Source: Azolla caroliniana (Eukaryota; Plantae; Polypodiophyta). Taken from it: 11,975 nucleotides of DNA. Positions 1 through 6,978 of this stretch are shown one piece after another. The DNA lies in the NCBI GenBank assembly GCA_043228905.1, contig JBHGNT010001111.1, positions 1 to 11,975 on the forward strand. Direction: 5' to 3'. The notes under the pieces were generated by a model, which searched no databases, was not told the DNA's origin, and saw only the letters and a program-made list of their open reading frames with translations. A program made the position numbers and the translations under genes. Position 1 is the stretch's first letter; every line of letters starts with the position of its first letter.

Positions 1-18
1 CATTGCAATGCGACGAAA

Positions 19-580
19 GTGTGGGAGGAACTCTTTCGTTTATTAATGTCATTAACAATGAAGTATGTTGATGATGAGAGGGCATATACTAACCAATGGA
101 CTACATGGGTTCGACTTCATGGTGGAACCAAGGATGAATGGTTCAAGTTAGATCACCTCAAATTGGGATTAAGCCCACATTTTGAATTTGAGGCAACTCT
201 AAAGAATCCCACAACTTTCCAAGCACTTCGAAAATCTTGTGAAGCTTAAGTAGACAGTTAGAGGTAATCTAATTTCATCTCCTACTCTTCAACAACCATC
301 AATCATAAACGGAGAGCAAGTCTTCCTCAATGTCTTTTTGGCCTCGCTGATGACATATCAAGCTAATATCCTAATGATGCTAGAAGCTACTCAACCTATG
401 TAATGGAAGGAGGCCTCTCAAGACAATTAATTTTGGCATCTCCATGAAGTTACTCCACAAAGCCAGCACATGGAAGTGAATTTTAATGCAAGTCAAACTC
501 AAGATGTTCCAAGGGAACAGACATTGATTGTGTGCTACACATGTTGTGTTAAGGGACACATGTCCACTATGATTTTCTTA
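19..580 (+). mobile_element. Decayed LTR-retrotransposon gag-like remnant with a degenerate CCHC zinc knuckle
   Basis: ORF 19-249 has a gag-like LGLSPHFEFEATLKNPTTFQAL pattern. 533-575 translates CYTCCVKGHMST (C-X2-C-X4-H, last Cys lost). Interrupted by stops and frame changes. Confidence 0.5.
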
Positions 581-879
581 ATGAAAAGGTAGTTGGGGTG
601 GACGCATGTATCAACTTCAAAGAAATCAAAACAATACTAATACAAATATTAACAAACTCAACAAGCAATTTGTAGAAAGGGGAAAGTACATTGGCACAAA
701 TTCCAACAATTCTCCTTGATGTATATATATATAGAGAGAGAGATTATATCATCATCTTCAGAGGTCAACTATAACCTACAAGACAAAACAATTAACATTT
801 TCATGCTATAATATGAGAGTAACAACTCTTAATGTTCAAGAACTTTACTAAGGAATATTGTAATTGAGGGATTTGGTTT

Positions 880-1613
880 AGTCAAACATGTCAAACATAG
901 TTGAATATGATTAATGTTTGATACTCAAACTCTCAAACTTGTTTGCGGAAAAATGTACCCCTAATGTCCCGTCTCACATCATAATGAGTGTGAACTAAGT
1001 CATATAGAAGCAATAGTTCAGATGACATGCAATGGGATGGGCTCTAACATGCATTGACGTGTGTAGTTTATGCATTTGACAAAGAATATGGTTTCATAAT
1101 TAGGTGTAACAGATGTACTATAACGTGTTAAGAGAGACGTTTATGAACCTTAACCTTATATTCAACAACCTTTTCCATGGCCATAATCTCAATGGAAAGT
1201 GATATTGTCTCAAAAAGTAAGAGGATGTATAGCTTTTGGTTCTTGACTTAAAGAAACTTGGTAAGAAAATGCTTTTGGACATTTTCAAACTCTTTCCAAG
1301 TAGATTTAAGGATGCTACTAGCCCATACTTCCACCCCATAGAGAAGCATCAGAGTCACCAAAGTGTCGAAAAGGTATTTCTTAAGGACCCAACATTTAAA
1401 TTCTCCACTATTGGAAGCTTTCTCAAATGCATTAACTGCTCTCTTTCCCGCCTCTAAGCGACGGGTAGCATATTCGTTCCATCTATGCTTTGAGGGAACC
1501 ACACATCTCTATAATGTATTTAAAGTTTCCCACAATTTCAAATGGCTTATTATTGTAGATAATGCATGGTTTATCCTTATTTCTTCAATACCTTCTTCCT
1601 TTACAAACTTGGA
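880..1613 (-). mobile_element. Decayed non-LTR retrotransposon (LINE) ORF2 fragment: RT C-terminal/thumb region and C-terminal domain (RTE/RTE-X/L2-like rather than L1-like)
   Basis: Minus-strand translation across frameshifts: KDKPCIIYNNKPFEIVGNFKYI (FKYLG-like), KKYLFDTLVTLMLLYGVEVW...EFENVQKHFLTKFL*VK...LLLFET...IEIMAMEKVVEY, then IASI*LSSHSL*CETGH*G (RLSSH.L..ETGRW-like). Multiple stops. Confidence 0.8.
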
Positions 1614-3029
1614 GCAAGAGAGCAAAAAAGTCAAGAGATCCTTGATGATGCACTTTGCTCAACTACTAAGGTTGTAGTGTAACAAAGGTGTGAAAGTCGA
1701 ATGTAGAACCCAAAGCTAACTACAATGAGAGAGAGATCATTCTATTGAAATAGGACTTGCAAGACCAAATGTAAACAATTTTATCTAGAATGTGTGTCAT
1801 ATAGTGACTCTTGATGTTCAAGCATTCTACCAATGAACATTACAATTGAGAGCACAAGATCCGACTAAAAGAGGAATGTGTTTAGGGAATGAATCGGGTT
1901 GACTACGCATGGAAAGCAAACTAAAATGTGGACGGTGAGAGATCATTGTGCTCATAAATCATGGATTATTTGTACTTATGAGTTTTCGTAAGCATAACTT
2001 TTGTTTAAGAGCTATCGTTCATTCATTTTACTATGTATGAGAAAGTTTTATAAAATGTTCATATGCTTTTAGGCACCACACCATCTTTATGTGACAAAAT
2101 CGCAATTGCCACATTCCCAATGGCAACTTCCCTCAATGGCTTGTTGATTTACAAACTTGTCAATCAAAAAAATGAAGGAAAAATGAATCCAATTAACCTC
2201 AATTTACCGCAAGGCAGTCTTAACACAATCACCTACCTACACATGACTTTCTTTAAATGCTGAAAAATGTTTTCCAGCATAATAACCTTTAAATGCCAAA
2301 CAATGTTTTTCAGCATAGTCCCAAAGCAGACTCTGATTTCATTGTTGGTTCCCCGACATGAAACTGTTTCGGCTTAAATTGGTCCCTGAAAGTAGCAACA
2401 TAAATATGGAATCCGCAATAACTATTTGAAGATGGTGGGCATCAAAACAGATCATTGTCGCAAACAATAAATCAATGGCTGAAAAGACGCACAAATTTTC
2501 GGTTACACGTATCATCTTATTTATCATTTATTATCACTCATCAATGATTCCCTTCAATCATAGGGTGTCCCTGCTGCGGCTTTTATTTTTCCAAAAGTTA
2601 AAAGCAAACACTCTCGCTTTTCTTTCTCGATTGATTAATTGAAAGAGGTGGGGTAGAATGATGATCTAGTCACACTAACCAATTAAGCCAATCACATTAT
2701 GCAATCCCAAAATATAGAAGGAAGCTTCATTTTCACCGACCAACAGCAATACAACAAGATCTCTCCCACACGTATTAGATGAGAAGAAAGAGAGATGGAA
2801 GTAATGAAGGTGCAAAAGGGCATTATCAGACTTCTCAGCCCCTTTTTGCTTTTTCATTGGATTAAGAACAATATCAAACAAAAACAAAAGAAAAAAGAAA
2901 CAAAGGAAAAAAAGGGATGGGCATTAAGACATGAAATTTCAAAGGATTGCCCCAAAATGCTCGGCAGCTCTCATTCATCGAGACACAAAACACTTTGGAG
3001 AATTAGTGTAGTGGTGTGACTAGAATCAT

Positions 3030-3347
3030 CTAATAAACAAGACCACATGAGAGGTGCATTAGTAGCACTGCAGCTTCTTCTTCATCTTCAGCAAACACTC
3101 GTCTTACACTTTGATGCTCAATGTCAATGTTTGATAGGCTCTTCAGCCTCGACGGAAAAGGATAGCCATAAATACTCTTTAAGGGAGTAGACCCGAGATG
3201 GTGGTGCCATTTCCTCTTCCTCTGTTGTTTAAGGCTCAGCTCAGAGCTCCGATTCGGCTTCACCATCGTATCGGACATAATAACATCACTTTGGCTGGGG
3301 TAGGATCTGTACTTCTTGTACCTTATCCCGCATGCATTGCACAATGA
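3030..3347 (-). CDS. GATA exon 3: second half of the zinc finger (SLCNACGIRYKK), basic region and LLM domain, TAG stop
   Basis: Acceptor TTTTTGCTTGTAG|TCA at 3348/3347. Contains the motifs LCNACGIRY and EAAVLLMHLSCG. Stop at 3032-3030. Confidence 0.95.
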   Translation of the reverse strand, partial: SLCNACGIRYKKYRSYPSQSDVIMSDTMVKPNRSSELSLKQQRKRKWHHHLGSTPLKSIYGYPFPSRLKSLSNIDIEHQSVRRVFAEDEEEAAVLLMHLSCGLVY

Positions 3348-5116
3348 CTACAAGCAAAAACAAAAGAAAACAAATGTGTTCATAGACCCATAATTTGGAA
3401 AGTCACAAGAATTGAATTGAACCACACTTTGATTTTCTATATATGCCTGCCTGCTTATTTTGGAAAACAGAGAACATATACTAATTAGTACCTTGGGTCC
3501 TTGAGGGCCACTTCTCCACATGGGTGTCTTTGTTGCTCCACACAAAGCGCACTCTTTAAGACTAGGGTTGAGGTAACTCTTATTGGGGGATCGATTTCGG
3601 CTTTCTTGAAGACTAGCGGCATTCGAAACTCGAGCTACTTCTAGAACTTTGGCAAAGTCCGAGAATTCAGGAAGTAAATCAAACTTGGAAGGTTGAGGAA
3701 TGATTAACCGAACTTCATCGGACTCCGAAACTTGAGTAGCTAACTCCGAATTTCCATTTACTTCATTGTTGACACGAATAGCTAGCCTCGGAGATAGTTT
3801 CTTACCACCCGGATTCTCGGGTTCTTCTCCACATACCGCCTCCATGATGCTTGTTGGGCTACTGTAATGTGTCTCATTGGCATTACTTCTCCCACATGGA
3901 GAAATAAGAGAATCCTGCAAACAGGAGGAGAAGACATGTAAAGAACGGTTTGATATAAGCATGAACACCATCATCAAAACTTGTTACATGTTCACAATTG
4001 TTCTATTCAACATACAAGCTCATCAAAGAAATCTAGGAAGCCTTATTATATACATTAAACGATATGTTCTCCACATACCCTGATGGAAATATATCCACCC
4101 ACACAACCTGACGGAAAGGCATTATCTATTACCCAAGACTACGTTTGTTGTTTGCGTTGCTCCAGGCTATCTATTTTTCTTCCGACTTAAGCTCTGCTAA
4201 GTTATGATCATACTTCTCGTGCCTAATGATAAGGATCGCCATTACAGTTTTAGTTAAGTTTTTTAATGTTTATGCTTGGGTTTATAATGTGTGATAGATA
4301 ATACTCATTAAAAGATGCTCTGCCACGGAAAAAAGAAAACCTAATAACAGTTAAGAATTAAGGGTTCGCCCTCCATCCATCCAGTCATGCATAGCCATGA
4401 TGAGGGTTAAGATTCAGCTTGCTATCAATCCCCCATAATTTCCCTTTGAACCCTAAATTTCCTATAACCTTAAGGTTTAGAATTATCTTCTTATGCAAAC
4501 CATACGGAGAAGAATACTGGTAAATTAAACTAACCTGATGAAAATGACGATTGACATATCCAATGCCAAGAGTTTCCTCTTCTTCTTCTTCTTCTTCCTC
4601 TTCCACCGGGGATGATTCAGAACAACCAAATCCATCTCTCGTCACAGAAACACAGTATTTGTTCTCTTCTTCAACCTCAGAAGCTACATTAGAGCAATAA
4701 CTTGACCTTAATGAAGAACCAAAATCACAAGATGAAGTCGAAGAAGAAGAAGAAATGTTTGAGGGAATTATATCTATGGAGCTTTTCTTCTTCTTTCTCT
4801 TATGCAAATTCGATGCATTCTCCACAGTGCCCAATTCACCTTCTACATCATCATCATCATCATCATCATCCTCACTAGAGAAAGCTGAAGCAAAATCTTT
4901 TCTCTCAGTATTTCCTGCATTATCTCCATAGCTTTGCGAGCTCCTTCTCGAAAGCTCTGTGTGTGAGCTTAATTCTGAAGGTGAAACAGGAGATTTCCTA
5001 ACATCGTCCTCAATGATTCGGTTCTCACATGTCTTGCTCTCTTTCTGCGTTTGCAAAAGCCAGAACTTCTTGATGTGGCCGTGGCCACACACTCGGGAGA
5101 GCTGAGAAGAATCCAT
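3030..5116 (-). CDS. GATA: LLM-domain B-class GATA zinc-finger transcription factor (GNC/CGA1/GATA15-17-like); spliced CDS join(5116..4535, 3914..3492, 3347..3030), about 440 aa
   Basis: Spliced translation gives CALCGATKTPMWRSGPQGPK|SLCNACGIRYKK (C-X2-C-X18-C-X2-C plant GATA finger) and the C-terminus EDEEEAAVLLMHLSCGLVY* (LLM domain). Both introns are GT-AG and phase 0. Exon lengths 582, 423 and 318 are all multiples of 3. The symbol is family-level only; the ortholog cannot be assigned. Confidence 0.9.
3492..3914 (-). CDS. GATA exon 2 (141 codons), ending in the first half of the zinc finger (CALC...WRSGPQGPK)
   Basis: Acceptor with a pyrimidine tract, CTCCTCCTGTTTGCAG|GAT, at 3915/3914. 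Donor AAG|GTACTA at 3492/3491. Contains the GATA motif TPMWRSGP. Confidence 0.9.
4535..5116 (-). CDS. GATA exon 1 (194 codons): acidic/Ser-rich N-terminus with poly-D, poly-E, poly-S and a KRKKKK basic cluster (putative NLS)
   Basis: ATG at 5116-5114 opens a long ORF. Donor CAG|GTTAGT at 4535/4534 is phase 0 and matches the exon 2 acceptor. Joining it to exon 2 is inferred from splice signals and frame, not from homology; extra small exons in the 620-bp intron cannot be excluded. Confidence 0.75.
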
Positions 5117-5187
5117 TAAACTAGATCTAGCCTATCTTGCCAGACTATGATGGAAAGGCAGTATGTCAGGTGAAGAAAGGTCGAAAT

Positions 5188-5202
5188 TCAAGCAGGAGCC
5201 AT
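5188..5202 (-). promoter_or_regulatory. Minimal upstream ORF (ATG GCT CCT GCT TGA; MAPA*) in the predicted GATA 5' leader
   Basis: The only minus-strand ATG I find between 5117 and about 5930. Context is gctATGG. Confidence 0.45.
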
Positions 5203-5268
5203 AGCTCAGAAGCAAAGAAAAACAAAATTGATGCAGGCACAGAAGATGGGAATGGGAGGAAATCAGGG

Positions 5269-5520
5269 TTTTGAGCTAGAAAAACGAGGAGATCCGGGAT
5301 TTGAGCTGCGCAGAGAGCTTCAAGGAGGAGGCGCGAGTTTGGGAGTTGGAGCTGTCTGGAGGCCTTCAAGGAGAGACGAATTTTTCAGAGAGTTTTGAGC
5401 TGCACAGAGAGATGACTCACAGAGACGAAGAATGTTAAAGAGTTTTGAGCTCGCAGAGAGCTTCAAGAAGAGGATGTTACAGTTTTGAGCAAGTGGTGAG
5501 AGCTTAAAGGAGAGGAGAGC
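5269..5520. repeat. Degenerate tandem repeat, about 6 copies at 31-50 bp spacing, consensus TTTTGAGCT(G)CGCAGAGAGCTTCAAGGAG
   Basis: TTTGAGC(T)-like cores at about 5269, 5300, 5346, 5393, 5443 and 5483; four are followed by GC(C)TT(C/A)AAG. Confidence 0.7.
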
Positions 5521-5607
5521 TGAGGCAGTTTCAGGACCGAAAAGGGGGGGGGGGAAGGATTAGGGTTTTAGGATGCAGAGAGAAAGAGAGAGAGGGGGTG
5601 TCGAGAG

Positions 5608-5637
5608 TTAGGGTTAGGGTTAGGGTTAGGGTTAGGG
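5608..5637 (+). repeat. Interstitial (TTAGGG)5 telomere-like tract
   Basis: Five perfect consecutive TTAGGG units. Confidence 0.95.
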
Positions 5638-5773
5638 TTTGTGGAGAGCGAGAAGAGCAGAGAGGGAATTAGGGTTTCCGGCTGCCGAGTGCCGAGGAGA
5701 GCGGAGAGTTTCACAGAGGCGGAGGAGGAAGAGGAGCAGCAGAAGGATTTAGGGTTTAGGGCTGCGGGGATGA

Positions 5774-5777
<4 letters not shown>

Positions 5778-5811
<34 letters not shown>
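5778..5811. repeat. (GA)n microsatellite (CT-rich Y-patch/GAGA element on the gene strand)
   Basis: Uninterrupted AG dinucleotide run. Confidence 0.9.
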
Positions 5812-5814
<3 letters not shown>

Positions 5815-5999
5815 TGGGAAAGGGCGGGGAGAGTTAGGGTTTGGGGGCGCCGTCAGGCAACTGACTGACGGACGGACGGACTGACTGACGGCCTTCTTTC
5901 CTCCGCCGTCCGATCCTTGCCTTGCGTGGCCTCATCTTCACCGTCCGATCTCTAAGTTCTAACCAAGAGGGGAGTAGGGAACAATGAATGAATGAAAAT

Positions 6000-6052
6000 G
6001 AGAGAGATCTGAGAGAGAGAGAGAGAGAGAGAGAGAAGAAGAAGAAGAAGAA
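6000..6052. repeat. Compound (GA)n(GAA)n microsatellite leading into the 88-bp array
   Basis: A GA run interrupted once by TCT, followed by GAA repeats. Confidence 0.9.
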
Positions 6053-6806
6053 GAGTCTTGCCCAGATGGATGTAGCTCAGTTGGTAAGGTTGGCCAATGG
6101 AGACCAGGTGGTTATGGGTTTAACCAGAGAGAGAGAAGAAGAGTCTTGTCCAGATGGATGTAGCCCAGTCAGTAAGGTTGGTCAATGGAGACCAAGTGGT
6201 TATGGGTTTAACTAGAGAGAGAGAAGAAGAGTCTTGCCCAAATGGATGTAGCTTAGTCGGTAAGGTTGGCCAATGGAGACCAAGTGGTTATGGTTTTAAC
6301 CAGAGAGAGAGAAGAAGAGTCTTGCCCAGATTGATGTAGCTTAGTCGGTAAGGTTGGCCAATGGAGACCAGGTGGTTATGGTTTTAACCAGAGAGAGAGA
6401 AGAAGAGTCTTGCCTAGATGGATGTAGCTTAGTGGGTAAGGTTGGCCAATGGAGACCAGGTGGTTATGCCATTAGTTTTTTATTTTGCAATGCTGAGATG
6501 CAAATGACAATTCACGTAGGCCAAGCAGACCATCTCAATTCTCACAATTCCTACTTTGTTAACTACTTGTTTCTTCTATGACATTATGTTATGCATATTC
6601 GTATGTGTAGAGCCACACCCCCAAACATTTCACTAGAGTGGAGAGAGAGAAGAAGAGTCTTGCCCAGATGGATGTAGCTTAGTCGGTAAGGTTGGCCAAT
6701 GGAGACCAGGTGGTTATGGTTTTAACCAGAGAGAGAGAAGAAGAGTCTTGCCTAGATGGATGTAGCTTAGTGGGTAAGGTTGGCCAATGGAGACCAGGTG
6801 GTTATG
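6053..6806 (+). repeat. 88-bp tandem array of tRNA-like (SINE-head-like) units: 7 units, with units 5 and 7 truncated
   Basis: GAGTCTTG unit starts at 6053, 6141, 6229, 6317 and 6405 (period 88), and again at 6655 and 6743. Unit 1 has the A-box TAGCTCAGTTGG (6073-6084) and a B-box-like GGTTTAACC (6117-6125). The repeat itself is certain; the tRNA origin is inferred. Confidence 0.85.
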
Positions 6807-6978
6807 CCATTAGTTTTTTATTTTGCAATGCTGAGATGCAAATGACAATTCACGTAGGCCAAGCAGACCATCTCAATTCTCACAATTCCTACTTTGTTAA
6901 CTACTTGTTTCTTCTATGACATTATGTTATGCATATTCGTATGTGTAGAGCCACACCCCCAAACATTTCACTAGAGTG
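6303..6978. repeat. 338-bp near-perfect tandem duplication (6303-6640 / 6641-6978)
   Basis: Constant 338 offset. The ORF track shows identical 75-aa ORFs at 6354 and 6692. I see one difference, 6332 T vs 6670 G. Confidence 0.95.

Larger units (their letters stand above)
5561..5842 (-). promoter_or_regulatory. Cluster of telo-boxes (AAACCCTA on the gene strand) in the GATA 5' leader/promoter
   Basis: TAGGGTTT at 5561, 5633, 5670, 5750 (within TTTAGGGTTTAGGG) and 5835. Confidence 0.7.

Noticed and set aside
3030-5116. Three separate genes, as the ORF track suggests (243, 209 and 104 aa)
   Set aside because: Canonical phase-0 splice sites join them, and the zinc finger is complete only after splicing.
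5608-5637. True chromosome end or telomere fusion site
   Set aside because: Only 30 bp, one orientation, embedded in a gene leader among telo-boxes.
5568-5868. ORFs with NPNPNP / RERERE repeats
   Set aside because: These are translations of (TTAGGG)n and (GA)n tracts with non-ATG starts and no coding signal.
6066-6126. Functional tRNA gene cluster
   Set aside because: The 3' T-stem and acceptor strands are absent, the canonical anticodon stem does not pair and C56 is lost. At most these are tRNA-derived promoter heads.
6053-6806. CRISPR-like repeat-spacer array
   Set aside because: Units are similar over their whole 88 bp with no unique spacers, there are no cas genes, and the context is eukaryotic (spliced gene).
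5988-6919. Small repeated ORFs (MDVAQ.VRLANGDQVVM..., two identical 75-aa ORFs) as a peptide gene family
   Set aside because: An 88-bp period is not a multiple of 3, so frames shift each unit. The ORFs are by-products of the DNA repeat and microsatellites.
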